From Betaproteobacteria bacterium RIFCSPLOWO2_02_FULL_65_20 (GTDB taxonomy: Bacteria; Pseudomonadota; Gammaproteobacteria; Burkholderiales; SG8-39): a DNA stretch of 45,866 bases. Below are positions 25,643 through 35,150 of this stretch, in pieces (position 1 is the stretch's first letter; each line of letters opens with the position of its first letter). Where the stretch lies: the NCBI GenBank assembly GCA_001770425.1, contig MEQZ01000087.1, positions 1-45,866 on the forward strand, read 5' to 3'. Made by a program: the position numbers and the translations under genes. The notes below the pieces were generated by a model that was given only the letters and a program-made list of their open reading frames with translations, was not told the origin of the DNA and did no database searches.

Positions 25643-26512
25643 CTATGACGGCTTGGGCGAGTCAAGCTCGCGCAACAGCGTCGCGACAACCTGCGGGCTC
25701 AATTCCATCCATTTGCCGCGGTGCAGCGTCTCCGGCAGCTTGAACGGTCCGAAGCGCGTTCGGATCAGCCGGCTTACGCCCAAACCCACCACCTCAAACA
25801 TCCGCCGCACTTCGCGGTTGCGTCCTTCCATGATGACTGCCTGGTACCAGCGGTTTGCCCCCTGCCCTCCACGGGGTTCGATGATTTCGAATTTCGCGAG
25901 CCCGTCCTCCAGCATCACTCCACGGCGCATCGCATCCAGTTGCTCGGGCGACAGTTGTCCCAGAACCCTGACGGCATATTCGCGCTCGATGCCGCCGCTG
26001 GGATGCATGAGCCGGTTGGCCAGCTCGCCGGACGTGGTGAATACCAGCAGGCCGCTGGTGTTGTAATCGAGACGCCCGATCTGAATCCAGCGCGCGTTCC
26101 TCACCGGAGGAAGGCGGTCAAACACCGTGGGGCGCCCTTCCGGGTCCCGCAGCGTCGATACCTCACCCGTCGGCTTGTAATACAGCAGCACCCGCGGATG
26201 ATTTCCGGGTCCCTGAACCACCTTTACCGGGCGCCCGTCCAGCGTAATGCGGTCGGCCCCGCTCACCCGCTCGCCGAGCGTGGCCGGGCGGCCGTTCACG
26301 GTCACCCGACCGGCCACGATGGCGGCTTCCATCATCCGACGCGAGCCGGCACCGGCACTGGCCAGCACTTTGTGCAACTTCTCCGGCGCCGCCAGCGCCG
26401 CCTCGGGCGCTCGCGCGGCGTCAGGCTTCTTCTGAGGGCGCCGCTGAGGCGTATTCGGCCGGCTCGCCGGCCGGCGTCTCTGCGGTCGCTTGTTCTGCGA
26501 TGGGAGCGGCAT
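25643..26512 (-). CDS. rluB: 23S rRNA pseudouridine(2605) synthase RluB (about 289 aa; start uncertain)
   Basis: It has an S4 domain ([31 protein letters not shown]), the catalytic motif [14 protein letters not shown] and [15 protein letters not shown] 26512 gives a Pro/Arg-rich N-terminal extension but overlaps scpB by 92 nt. The only in-frame alternatives after the scpB stop are CTG or TTG next to EKLHKVL. Confidence 0.85.
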   Translation of the reverse strand: MPLPSQNKRPQRRRPASRPNTPQRRPQKKPDAARAPEAALAAPEKLHKVLASAGAGSRRMMEAAIVAGRVTVNGRPATLGERVSGADRITLDGRPVKVVQGPGNHPRVLLYYKPTGEVSTLRDPEGRPTVFDRLPPVRNARWIQIGRLDYNTSGLLVFTTSGELANRLMHPSGGIEREYAVRVLGQLSPEQLDAMRRGVMLEDGLAKFEIIEPRGGQGANRWYQAVIMEGRNREVRRMFEVVGLGVSRLIRTRFGPFKLPETLHRGKWMELSPQVVATLLRELDSPKPS

Positions 26513-27050
26513 TGAACTCCAGTGTCTTTGCGATTTCCTCAAGCGGCGGCAGTTCCTGGAGCGAGCGCAGCCCCAGGTCGTTGAGAAACTCCTTGGTGGT
26601 GGCATACAGCGCCGGCCTGCCCGGGACCTCCCGGTGTCCCACGACGTCGATCCAGCCGCGCTGCTCGAGCGTGCGGATGATGTTCGGCGATACCGTTACC
26701 CCGCGTATGTCTTCGATATCCCCGCGCGATACGGGCTGCCGGTAGGCGACGATCGCGAGCGTCTCCAGCACCGCCCGCGAATAGCGCGGCGGCTTTTCGG
26801 GATTCAGCCGTTCGAGGTATTTCTGAAAGGACGGCCGGGTCTGGAAGCGCCACCCGGTGGCCAGATTGACCAGTTCCACCCCGCGCTGTCTCCAGTCGTC
26901 GCGCAGTTCGTCGAGCAGACGGCGCAGGGTATCGGGGCCGATCTCCTCGTCGAACATGCGCCGCAGGTCGGCGATCGACAGCGGCGACTGGTTGGCGAGC
27001 AGCGCCGTCTCCAGGACGGTCTTCACTTCACTCGGATTGAGCATGTGCAA
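26421..27050 (-). CDS. scpB: segregation and condensation protein B (209 aa)
   Basis: [45 protein letters not shown] and [13 protein letters not shown] are the winged-helix ScpB motifs. Confidence 0.92.
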   Translation of the reverse strand: MHMLNPSEVKTVLETALLANQSPLSIADLRRMFDEEIGPDTLRRLLDELRDDWRQRGVELVNLATGWRFQTRPSFQKYLERLNPEKPPRYSRAVLETLAIVAYRQPVSRGDIEDIRGVTVSPNIIRTLEQRGWIDVVGHREVPGRPALYATTKEFLNDLGLRSLQELPPLEEIAKTLEFNAAPIAEQATAETPAGEPAEYASAAPSEEA

Positions 27051-27849
27051 GCTTCACGTAGATCGGCGCATAGGGCTGGGTCTGGGTAAACTCGATCAGA
27101 CTCTCGCGCGCCAGTTCGAGCATGGCGAGGAAACTGACGATCAGCACCGCTACCCCGCGGCTCGGATCGAACAGGGAGCCGAATTCGACGAACCCGGCCC
27201 CCGACAGCCGGCGCAGGATGGCGCTCATGTGCTCACGCACCGAGAGTTCCTCGCGCGAGATGCGGTGATGCTGCGTGACCTTCGCACGAGCGAGCAGGGA
27301 ACGCCAGGCCGATTCCAGATCCGCAGGGTAGACATCGGGGACCCGCTCGGTCAGCGCCTGCTCGATCCAGACCTCGACCGAGAGATAGTCGCGGCCAAGC
27401 TGCGGCAGCTCATCCAGCTGCCGGGCGGCCTGTTTCATCTTCTCGTACTCGATCAGCCGGCGAACCAGTTCGGCGCGCGGGTCCTCTTCATGGGTCTCCA
27501 GCGCCCTGGGCCGCGGCAGCAGCATGCGCGACTTGATTTCCATCAGCATCGCCGCCATCACCAGGTACTCGGCCGCGAGTTCCAGATTCTTGTGACGCAT
27601 CACCTCGACGTACACCATGTACTGCTCGGTGAGCCGCGCCATGGGGATGTCGAGAATGTCGACGTTGGCCTTGCGGATGAGATACAGCAGCAGATCGAGC
27701 GGTCCCTCGAAAGTGTCGAAGAAAACTTCCAGCGCGTCGGGGGGGATGTACAGATCGCGCGGCAGTTCGGTGAGAAGCTCGCCGCGGACCCTCGCCACCG
27801 ATATCGGCGTGGGTATCGTCGCTTGGACGGGCAGGGCCAGGACAGTCAT
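27028..27849 (-). CDS. scpA: segregation and condensation protein A (kleisin, 273 aa)
   Basis: [31 protein letters not shown] and [21 protein letters not shown] are ScpA motifs. The gene overlaps the scpB start by 23 nt. Confidence 0.92.
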   Translation of the reverse strand: MTVLALPVQATIPTPISVARVRGELLTELPRDLYIPPDALEVFFDTFEGPLDLLLYLIRKANVDILDIPMARLTEQYMVYVEVMRHKNLELAAEYLVMAAMLMEIKSRMLLPRPRALETHEEDPRAELVRRLIEYEKMKQAARQLDELPQLGRDYLSVEVWIEQALTERVPDVYPADLESAWRSLLARAKVTQHHRISREELSVREHMSAILRRLSGAGFVEFGSLFDPSRGVAVLIVSFLAMLELARESLIEFTQTQPYAPIYVKLAHAQSE

Positions 27850-27856
27850 GAATCGC

Positions 27857-29059
27857 TCAAGAGTAGCTCAAACCCATCGCCTCGCGCACCTCGCGCATGG
27901 TCTCGTGCGCGAGCCGGCGGGCCTTCTCGCCGCCGTCGGCGACAATGTTTCGCACCAGCGTGGGATCGTCCAGGTACTTCTGCGCCCGCTCGCGCATGGG
28001 CGTCTGTTCGGCGAGCACCGCGTCGATCACCGGCTGCTTGCACTCCAGGCACCCGATCCCTGCGGACCGGCAGCCCTGCTCGGCCCATGCGCGCGTCTTG
28101 TCGTTGGAGTAGACAAGGTGAAACTCCCAGACGGGACACTTGGCCGGATCGCCAGGATCGGTGCGCTTCACGCGCGCCGGGTCCGTAGGCATGGTGCGGA
28201 TCTTCCTGGTGACGGATTGCGCCTCCTCGCGCAGCCCGATCGTGTTGTCGTATGACTTGGACATCTTCTGACCGTCCAGGCCCGGAAGCTTCGAGGACTC
28301 GGTGAGCATCACGTCTGGTTCGACCAGGATCAGGCGTCCGCCACCTTCGAGAAAGCCGAACAGCCGCTCGCGGTCCCCGACCGAAAGGTTCTGCTGCTCG
28401 ACCAGCAGCGCCCGCGCCGCGGCGAGCGCCTCGACGTCGCCCTGCTCCTGGTATCTGTTGCGCAATTGCGCGTAGAGCTTGGCCTTGCGGCTGCCCATCT
28501 TTTTGGCTGCGGCCCGCGCCTTGTCCTCGAATCCAGGCTCACGCCCGTAGACGTGGTTGAAGCGCCGGGCGATCTCGCGCATCAGTTCGACGTGCGGCAC
28601 CTGATCCTCGCCCACAGGCACGAATTTGGCGCGGTAGATCAGCACGTCCGCGCTTTGCAGCAACGGATAGCCCAGAAAACCGTAGGTCGACAGGTCACGG
28701 TCGGACAGCTTCTCCTGCTGGTCCTTGTAGGTGGGCACGCGCTCGAGCCATCCCAGCGGGGTGATCATCGACAGCAGCGTATGCAGTTCGGCGTGTTCTG
28801 GGATGCGCGACTGAATGAACAACACGGCCTGCGCCGGATCGATTCCCGCAGCCAGCCAGTCGATGACCATGTCCCAGACGTGCTGTTCGATCACCTCCGG
28901 CGTGTCGTAATGGGTGGTGAGCGCGTGCCAGTCGGCCACGAAAAACAGGCACGGGTATTCGCTCTGCAAACGCACCCAGTTCTTGATGGCGCCGTGGTAA
29001 TGCCCCAGGTGAAGCATGCCCGTGGGGCGCATCCCGGAGACGACTCGTTGTTCGTACAT
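27857..29059 (-). CDS. trpS: tryptophan--tRNA ligase, long form (400 aa) with four-Cys motif
   Basis: It has the HIGH-type motif GMLHLGHYHG and KMSKS. A ~60-aa insertion lies between RRFNHVYG and KMSKS. The Cys motif is Cys308-x21-Cys330-x6-Cys337-x2-Cys340. Confidence 0.95.
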   Translation of the reverse strand: MYEQRVVSGMRPTGMLHLGHYHGAIKNWVRLQSEYPCLFFVADWHALTTHYDTPEVIEQHVWDMVIDWLAAGIDPAQAVLFIQSRIPEHAELHTLLSMITPLGWLERVPTYKDQQEKLSDRDLSTYGFLGYPLLQSADVLIYRAKFVPVGEDQVPHVELMREIARRFNHVYGREPGFEDKARAAAKKMGSRKAKLYAQLRNRYQEQGDVEALAAARALLVEQQNLSVGDRERLFGFLEGGGRLILVEPDVMLTESSKLPGLDGQKMSKSYDNTIGLREEAQSVTRKIRTMPTDPARVKRTDPGDPAKCPVWEFHLVYSNDKTRAWAEQGCRSAGIGCLECKQPVIDAVLAEQTPMRERAQKYLDDPTLVRNIVADGGEKARRLAHETMREVREAMGLSYS

Positions 29060-29068
29060 TCGTTTTCC

Positions 29069-29728
29069 TCAGAACTGGAACAGGGTCTCGATCAGGCCGA
29101 TCGAGGCCCGCACCATCGGACCGAGAATCAGCCCCAGCACGTTGGTGAAGATCAGGATGAGCAGGATCGGCAGACCGAATCGCTCCAGCCCGGCGTAACG
29201 CTGTGCGAGGCGCTCCGGAAGCAGGCTGAACGCAATGCGCCCGCCGTCCAGGGGCAGGATGGGCAGAAGGTTGAGCACCATCAGCACGATGTTCACGCTG
29301 ACGCCGGCTTGCGCCATCAAACTCGCAGGCTGCGTGAAGGCATTGGGCGGCACCATGATGGCCAGCTTCAGCACCATCGCCCAGCCCATTGCCATCAGCA
29401 GATTCGCCGCCGGTCCGGCCGCTGCGACCCAGAGCATGTCCCGCTTCGGACTGCGCAGCGCGTGAAAATTGACCGGCACCGGTTTCGCCCAGCCGAACAG
29501 GATCCCCGCGCCTACCAGCTTGCTGGTCACGAGGATGACCAGCGGCACCACGATGGTGCCCACCAGGTCGATATGCCGCACCGGGTTCAGGCTGATTCGA
29601 CCCAGTCGCCATGCCGTGAGGTCCCCGAAGTGGCGCGCAACGTAACCGTGGGCCGCTTCGTGGAGCGTGATGGCAAAAATCACCGGGAGGGCGTAGATCG
29701 CAATCGTCTGAACGAGATTGAATTCCAT
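29069..29728 (-). CDS. site-2 protease family (M50) zinc metalloprotease (219 aa)
   Basis: HEAAHGYVARHFGD (HExxH) sits in the first TM region. NLLPILPLDGGRI is the second metal-site motif. The start is ATG 29728 (MEFNLVQTIAIYAL). Confidence 0.85.
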   Translation of the reverse strand: MEFNLVQTIAIYALPVIFAITLHEAAHGYVARHFGDLTAWRLGRISLNPVRHIDLVGTIVVPLVILVTSKLVGAGILFGWAKPVPVNFHALRSPKRDMLWVAAAGPAANLLMAMGWAMVLKLAIMVPPNAFTQPASLMAQAGVSVNIVLMVLNLLPILPLDGGRIAFSLLPERLAQRYAGLERFGLPILLILIFTNVLGLILGPMVRASIGLIETLFQF

Positions 29729-29792
29729 GTGCGGACCAAAATATGCAGCCGTGCATTTTAGCAGACGTGGCTCGCCCTGCCGCGCTGGCACG

Positions 29793-30422
29793 TCAGGTTG
29801 GCTTGCCGAGCGCCGACAAATCGCCCTTGCCCGCACGCACGACCACCGCCTCTGCGCCAGTGAGATCGATCACCGTGGTCGGTTCGATGCCACAGGATCC
29901 TGCGTCCAGAACCAGATCGAGCTCGCGTTCCAGCCGCTCGCGGATGTCCTGGGCGTCATCGGTGGGAACCTCTGCACCTTTGAGGGTCGCCGTGGCCGAG
30001 AGCAGCGGTTCGTTCAACGCCGCAAGCAGAGCCTGCGCCACCGGGTGATCGGGGACGCGCAAGCCTATGGTCTTGCGCCGGGCGTGAAGAATGCGCCTGG
30101 GCAACTCGCGCGTGCCCTCGAGAATGAAAGTATAGCTGCCGGGGGTCAGCGCCTTGAGCAGGCGAAAGCGCACGTTGTCCACGCGTGCATAGGTGGCGAT
30201 TTCGGACAGGTCGCGGCACATGAGCGTGAGGTGATGGCTTTCGTCGAACCCGCGCAGCCGGCGCAGTCGCGCCAGCGCCTCCTTGTCGCCGGTACGGCAG
30301 CCGAAGGCATAGCAGGAGTCGGTGGGATAGGCGATCACGCCTCCTTCCTGCACGATGCGCGCCGCCCGCGCGATCAGGCGCGGCTGCGGGTGCGTCGGGT
30401 GGACGGAAAAGTATTGGGCCAC
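29793..30422 (-). CDS. yciO: L-threonylcarbamoyladenylate synthase family protein (YrdC/Sua5 fold, YciO-like, 209 aa)
   Basis: GGVIAYPTDSCYAFGC and LTPGSYTFIL are present. It is adjacent to trpH, as in the enterobacterial yciV-yciO pair. Confidence 0.75.
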   Translation of the reverse strand: MAQYFSVHPTHPQPRLIARAARIVQEGGVIAYPTDSCYAFGCRTGDKEALARLRRLRGFDESHHLTLMCRDLSEIATYARVDNVRFRLLKALTPGSYTFILEGTRELPRRILHARRKTIGLRVPDHPVAQALLAALNEPLLSATATLKGAEVPTDDAQDIRERLERELDLVLDAGSCGIEPTTVIDLTGAEAVVVRAGKGDLSALGKPT

Positions 30423-30484
30423 AGCGAGTCAGGAATGTAGCTATGCGAAGCAACGATTGAAAGCCGTTGGGGCGGATATCGGGG

Positions 30485-31315
30485 CTAGAGCGCCTGCCAG
30501 ACCGGCTTCAGGCCGTCCGGAAGCTGGGGCAGCGCGCCCAGTTCGACCCGACTCTCGCCGGGCCCGTGAAAATCCGAGCCGCGCGAGGCGAGCATCCCGA
30601 ACTCGCGCGCCAGCGCCGCAAACACCGCGCACTGTTCCGGCGTGTGGTTGGCGGTGACGACCTCGATCCCCAGTCCGCCGTAATCGGCGAATTCGGCGAG
30701 AAACCGGTGCAGGTCCGGGGGCGAAAACGCATAGCGCCCCGGATGCGCCACCACCGCGATCCCGCCGGCGCCCCGGATCCATTTCACCGCGTCAGCCAGA
30801 TTCGCCCATTGATGCGGCACGTAACCCGGTTTGCCGGGCACCAGGTAGTTCTTGAACACGTCCTTCACATCGCGGGCATGGCCCTGCCCGACCAGGAAGC
30901 GCGCGAAGTGGGTGCGGCTGATCAGTGCCGGATTCGAAACGTAGGTCATCGCGCCTTCGAGGCTGTCCGAAATGCCGACCGCATCGAGTCCTGCGGCCAT
31001 CTTGCCGGCGCGGCGCGGTCTTTCGGCGCGCACCGATTGCAGCCCCTGGGCAAGCTGCTCGTCGCCGCGCGCTATGCCCAGACCCACGATATGAATGGTG
31101 GAGCCGCACCAGGTGACGGAAATCTCGACCCCGGGGACAAAGCGCAGGTGCAGCTCGTGCGCAGCGCCGACTGCTTCCTCCAGTCCGCCAGTCTCGTCGT
31201 GATCGGTCAGCGCGAGCGTGGTCACGCCGTGATCGTGCGCCCGCAGCACGACTTCGCCCGGCGTGAGCAGCCCGTCAGAAGCGCGGGAATGGCAGTGCAG
31301 ATCGACGTTTTTCAT
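30485..31315 (-). CDS. trpH: PHP-domain phosphoesterase TrpH/YciV (RNase AM-type, 276 aa)
   Basis: MKNVDLHCHSRASDG, LALTDHDE, VPGVEIS, AHPGRY and SDFHGP are the PHP metal-ligand motifs. Confidence 0.85.
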   Translation of the reverse strand: MKNVDLHCHSRASDGLLTPGEVVLRAHDHGVTTLALTDHDETGGLEEAVGAAHELHLRFVPGVEISVTWCGSTIHIVGLGIARGDEQLAQGLQSVRAERPRRAGKMAAGLDAVGISDSLEGAMTYVSNPALISRTHFARFLVGQGHARDVKDVFKNYLVPGKPGYVPHQWANLADAVKWIRGAGGIAVVAHPGRYAFSPPDLHRFLAEFADYGGLGIEVVTANHTPEQCAVFAALAREFGMLASRGSDFHGPGESRVELGALPQLPDGLKPVWQAL

Positions 31316-31370
31316 GGGGCGAGGATCATAACATGCGCCCCTGCACGCTCTTGCCCTGCCGCACTGCTAT

Positions 31371-32240
31371 TCAGCGAAGCAGAAAATCCTCGATGAGCGC
31401 GGCCGCGCGTTCGGGCTGGTCGTGGTGCATCATGTGCCCCGAATCGGGGATGATCCGCTCGACCAGGTCGGAAAAGGCAGCCTTGCGACTGTCACGGTCC
31501 GCCGCAGACATGCGCAGGTCATTCGCGTTCTGCGAGTTCTCGCCCTCGATCCACAGCACGGGCGCGGCGATCCTGCGCCAGCAGGCCTTGGCCTCTTCGA
31601 GCCTGTAGAGCACAGGATTGACCAGTTTGTGTGCCGGGTCGGCGCGCAGCGCGACGCGACCCTCAGCGGTGGCCATGCCCCAGTGCCGCGCCAGAAACAG
31701 CGAGCGCTCGGGCGTCAGGCGCGCATTGTTCGATCGCAGCCTGTCGGCAAGCTCGTCGAACGAGCCGTAGTCGCGCAAGCGCGCGCCCTTCTCCAATTGG
31801 TCGAGCCAGCGCGCGTAGCGTTGCGGCGCATCCTCGGGGCGCGCATCGTTGAGCCCGAAACCTTCCATGTTGACCAGGCGCGCCACCCGTTCGGGCCGGA
31901 TGCCTGCATACAGCGCCGCGACGTTGCCGCCCATGCTGTGGCCGACCAGTTGCACCGGCTCGGCAGGCTGGAAATGCGCCAGTATTTGTTCCAGATCCGC
32001 AAAATAATCGGGAAACCAGTATGTGTCGGACCCGCTCCGGTCGGACAATCCATAGCCGCGCCAGTCAGGGGCGATCACATGCCAGGCGTGGCGCAAGGCA
32101 TCGACCAGGAACTGGAACGAAGCGGAAAAGTCCATCCATCCATGCAGCAGGAACAGCTTGGGCTGGCCGGCAGCACCCCAGCACCGGCAGTGGACCTTGA
32201 GCCCGCGGATGTCGAGAAAAACGGATTCGCTTGATTTCAC
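31371..32240 (-). CDS. alpha/beta-fold hydrolase (289 aa)
   Basis: The oxyanion region is LFLLHGWMD, the nucleophile elbow is GHSMGG, and a C-terminal His lies in SGHMMHHDQPE. Confidence 0.8.
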   Translation of the reverse strand: MKSSESVFLDIRGLKVHCRCWGAAGQPKLFLLHGWMDFSASFQFLVDALRHAWHVIAPDWRGYGLSDRSGSDTYWFPDYFADLEQILAHFQPAEPVQLVGHSMGGNVAALYAGIRPERVARLVNMEGFGLNDARPEDAPQRYARWLDQLEKGARLRDYGSFDELADRLRSNNARLTPERSLFLARHWGMATAEGRVALRADPAHKLVNPVLYRLEEAKACWRRIAAPVLWIEGENSQNANDLRMSAADRDSRKAAFSDLVERIIPDSGHMMHHDQPERAAALIEDFLLR

Positions 32241-32365
32241 CAGCTGCCCTCATGCTTTGTGGAGGCGACGATGGTAGCAGGAGACGCGTCGACGAACTGC
32301 GCCGGGCTGAATGTCGGCTCTGCTATCATCGCGATTTTGCCTCAGGCTCCGTCTGTCCGGCACGC

Positions 32366-32896
32366 ATGGCAGTCTATTCGCTTGGCGAAAGGAAGATCGC
32401 GGTTCAGGGCGAGGACTGGTACATCGCCGAGAATGCGGCGGTCATCGGCTCGGTGGTGATCGGAAACCACGCGAGCGTCTGGTTCGGCGTCACGATCCGC
32501 GGCGACAGCGAACTGATCACGATCGGGGATCGCTGCAACATCCAGGACGGATCGGTGCTGCACGCGGACCTCGGCTCCCCTCTCACCCTCGGTCACGATG
32601 TCTCGGTCGGGCACAATGCGATGCTGCACGGCTGCACCGTTGGGGCAGGCACGCTGATCGGAATCAACAGCGTCGTCCTGAACCACGCTGTCATCGGGAA
32701 ATCGACGATCATCGGCGCCAATTCGCTCATTTCCGAGGGCAAGACGATTCCGGATGGCGTCCTGGTGCTTGGGTCCCCTGGCAAGGTGGTCCGCGAACTT
32801 ACCACGGAGGAGAAGCAGAATCTGCTGGAGATCGCCGAAGGTTACGTGCAACGCGCCAGGGTCTTCCGCGCGCAACTGCAGCGCCAGCTGGTCTGA
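32366..32896 (+). CDS. gamma-class carbonic anhydrase-like / hexapeptide-repeat protein (YrdA/PaaY type, 176 aa)
   Basis: It has left-handed beta-helix repeats with the conserved RGD and His ligands (IRGDSELITIGDRCNIQDGSVLHAD..VGHNAMLHGC). The start is ATG 32366 (MAVYSLGERKI). Confidence 0.82.
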   Translation: MAVYSLGERKIAVQGEDWYIAENAAVIGSVVIGNHASVWFGVTIRGDSELITIGDRCNIQDGSVLHADLGSPLTLGHDVSVGHNAMLHGCTVGAGTLIGINSVVLNHAVIGKSTIIGANSLISEGKTIPDGVLVLGSPGKVVRELTTEEKQNLLEIAEGYVQRARVFRAQLQRQLV

Positions 32897-32987
32897 ACGC
32901 ACCGCGGCCCCTCGCAGCGCCGCCGTTCGTCCCCCGCCGTGGCAGGCACCGGCTCGCAGCGTTGCCAGGGCAGGTTGGCTTGCGCCC

Positions 32988-33755
32988 CTACCTGGGCGCC
33001 ATTCGAATGGCTCCGTCGAGCCGGATGGTCTCGCCGTTCAGCATCTCATTCTCGATGATGTGCTTCGCCAATGCGGCGTACTCTTCCGGCCTGCCCAAAC
33101 GTGACGGGAACGGCACCATCTTGCCCAGGGCATCCTGAACCTCCTTGGACAGTTCAAGCAGCATCGGGGTCTCAAAGATCCCAGGGGCGATGGTGCAAAC
33201 CCGGATCCCGTCGCGGGAAAGATCGCGCGCGATCGGCAGGGTCATGCCGGCAATTCCGCCCTTGGAGGCGGAATACGCTGCCTGGCCGATTTGCCCGTCA
33301 TACGCGGCCACCGATGCCGTACTGATGATGACGCCTCGCTCGCCGGCAGCGTTTGGCTGGCCCTTGACCATCACCGACGCCGCGAGGCGGATCATGTTGA
33401 AGCTGCCGATCAGGTTGACGGTGATGCAGCGCGTGAAGTTCGCAAGTACGTGCGGGCCGTTCTTGCCGACGGTCTTCTCCGCCAAGGCGATTCCGGCACA
33501 ATTTACCAGGCCCTGCAGGGCGCCGAACTCCTTGACCGCAAGATCGACTGCCGACTTGCCGTCGTTCTCGCTGGTGACATCGGTCTTGTTGAAACGCGCC
33601 TGCCTGCCCAGGCTTTGCGCCAGCGCCTGGCCTTTTTCGACCTGGAGGTCGGCAATCACCACGTTCGCCCCGCCCTCGACAAGCGTCCTCGCGGTGGCCT
33701 CTCCCAGACCGGAGGCGCCGCCGGTTACGATGAATGTGCTGCCCTTTAGCTGCAT
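32988..33755 (-). CDS. short-chain dehydrogenase/reductase, 3-hydroxyacyl-CoA dehydrogenase type-2-like (255 aa)
   Basis: TGGASGLG is the cofactor-binding motif, with NCAG and catalytic YSASKGG. There is an AAGGGA SD before ATG 33755. Confidence 0.85.
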   Translation of the reverse strand: MQLKGSTFIVTGGASGLGEATARTLVEGGANVVIADLQVEKGQALAQSLGRQARFNKTDVTSENDGKSAVDLAVKEFGALQGLVNCAGIALAEKTVGKNGPHVLANFTRCITVNLIGSFNMIRLAASVMVKGQPNAAGERGVIISTASVAAYDGQIGQAAYSASKGGIAGMTLPIARDLSRDGIRVCTIAPGIFETPMLLELSKEVQDALGKMVPFPSRLGRPEEYAALAKHIIENEMLNGETIRLDGAIRMAPR

Positions 33756-33857
33756 GATGTCCCTTTCAGTAGAGAAAACGCCGAAATTATCGGCTAAATC
33801 AGGACGCTTTGCCATGGCGCGGACCGCGCGCCGCAGACGGACGATCAGTCCGTTGCA

Positions 33858-33998
33858 ACTCGAGTGTTGACAGACATGGCGATGAGTGGGTTTCAGGTCT
33901 CCCGATTTTCGGAAGTCGCGAAGTTGCGGCTTCCGAAAATCGGGAGATTATGAAAATGCAAAATCAAGCAGGCCGGTTCCGGCTTGTCCGGCTGAGGG
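33858..33998 (+). repeat. palindrome-core intergenic repeat, copy D (core 33898..33947)
   Basis: The core is TCTCCCGATTTTCGGAAGTCGC-GAAGTT-GCGGCTTCCGAAAATCGGGAGA, with one T-G pair and the rest perfect. The right flank TTATGAAAATGCAAAATCAAGCAGGCCGGTTCCGGCTTGTCCGGCTGAGGG is closely similar to that of copy E. Confidence 0.88.
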
Positions 33999-34004
33999 TT
34001 TCGA

Positions 34005-35150
34005 TCAGGGTTTTTTGCGGTCCCTGGCCTTCTTCTCCGGCAGGAGTTGCGCGCGTTCGCGCAGCAGCGGCTCGACGGCGGCCCGAGCGACCAGATAGGT
34101 CCAGCGCTCGAGCTTCTTTTCCCGTTCCAGATTCTGCAGCAGCCTCACGCGACTCTCCGCGAACGCCTTGTCCTGCTTTTCCTTTTGTTCGGCGGTCTCG
34201 TTCTTTCCCGCTGCGCGCGTGGCCGCCGGCTCTCCGCCGACCGATATCGAGATGAAGTAGCGATCGTCCGCTGTCTTGCTGCCGACCCGCAGCGTATAGG
34301 TCACCCCGTCCAGGGTCTGGGCCTTGACGACGATCGGCCGGACCAGCCCGGCAGCGGCGGCATCCGGGTCGGGGACCACGTCGCTCAGACTCATCGCCTG
34401 CAGTGAGTTGACCGCATCCTGCGCCTTCTGGAGATCGGGCTTCCCGCCGCCTGCCAGCTTCCAGTCATAGGACTCGGTCTCGCGCGACAGGGCGAATCGC
34501 TCTCTGCCATCGGGTCCGGTGGCAGCGACGGACCTGACCCGCTCTGCCCGGATCAGGTCCTTGGAAAGCCACGCGTCAGGCTTGGCCTGGGCAGCTCCCA
34601 GCGGATCCGAAACAAGCGCGACGCTCCCCGTTTCCGTACCCGACATGAGGTAGCGGCCGGTCGGCACGCCCTGCTCCGGGGACGGACCCGCGGCGGCCGT
34701 TCTCGTTGTCACCTTCTTGCCCAGCAGCAGCCGGGCCATCGACTTGCCTGCGCCGTCCGTGAGTTCCAGCAGCGTGCCGGCACCGGCGGCCGCGCCCGGT
34801 TCTGCCAGTTCAAGCCGCGCGCGCTGCGCCTGTGCCACCGGTTCGGTCTGCACGACCTTGAGTTCGATCAGCGCGAGCAGCAGTTCGCGCACGCGCTCGG
34901 CATCGGCGGGGAAATCGGCCCTCTCCTTGACGGCCCAGGCGCCGTCGCGCCGCACCAGGGTGAGCGTGGAGACCGCGTCCCGGAGCGCAACCTGGGCCAC
35001 GTCCTCCAGTTTCAGCCCCGCCACGAGCCTGCCGCCGATGCGCGAGTCCGCAGGCGCCCATGCGGTGCGCTGCGACTGCATGATCCACGCGCCTGCCGCG
35101 GCAAATGCGGCCAGCGCCGCAACCAGTATCAGGAACTGCTTGCGGGTCAT
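34005..35150 (-). CDS. DUF4340-like protein with N-terminal membrane anchor (381 aa)
   Basis: MTRKQFLILVAALAAFAAAGAWIM is the anchor. The protein is Ala/Gly/Asp-rich with a charged C-terminal tail. The ATG overlaps the upstream GldG-like stop (ATGA). The family assignment comes from its context with GldG-type systems and from my recollection, not from a search. Confidence 0.6.
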   Translation of the reverse strand: MTRKQFLILVAALAAFAAAGAWIMQSQRTAWAPADSRIGGRLVAGLKLEDVAQVALRDAVSTLTLVRRDGAWAVKERADFPADAERVRELLLALIELKVVQTEPVAQAQRARLELAEPGAAAGAGTLLELTDGAGKSMARLLLGKKVTTRTAAAGPSPEQGVPTGRYLMSGTETGSVALVSDPLGAAQAKPDAWLSKDLIRAERVRSVAATGPDGRERFALSRETESYDWKLAGGGKPDLQKAQDAVNSLQAMSLSDVVPDPDAAAAGLVRPIVVKAQTLDGVTYTLRVGSKTADDRYFISISVGGEPAATRAAGKNETAEQKEKQDKAFAESRVRLLQNLEREKKLERWTYLVARAAVEPLLRERAQLLPEKKARDRKKP

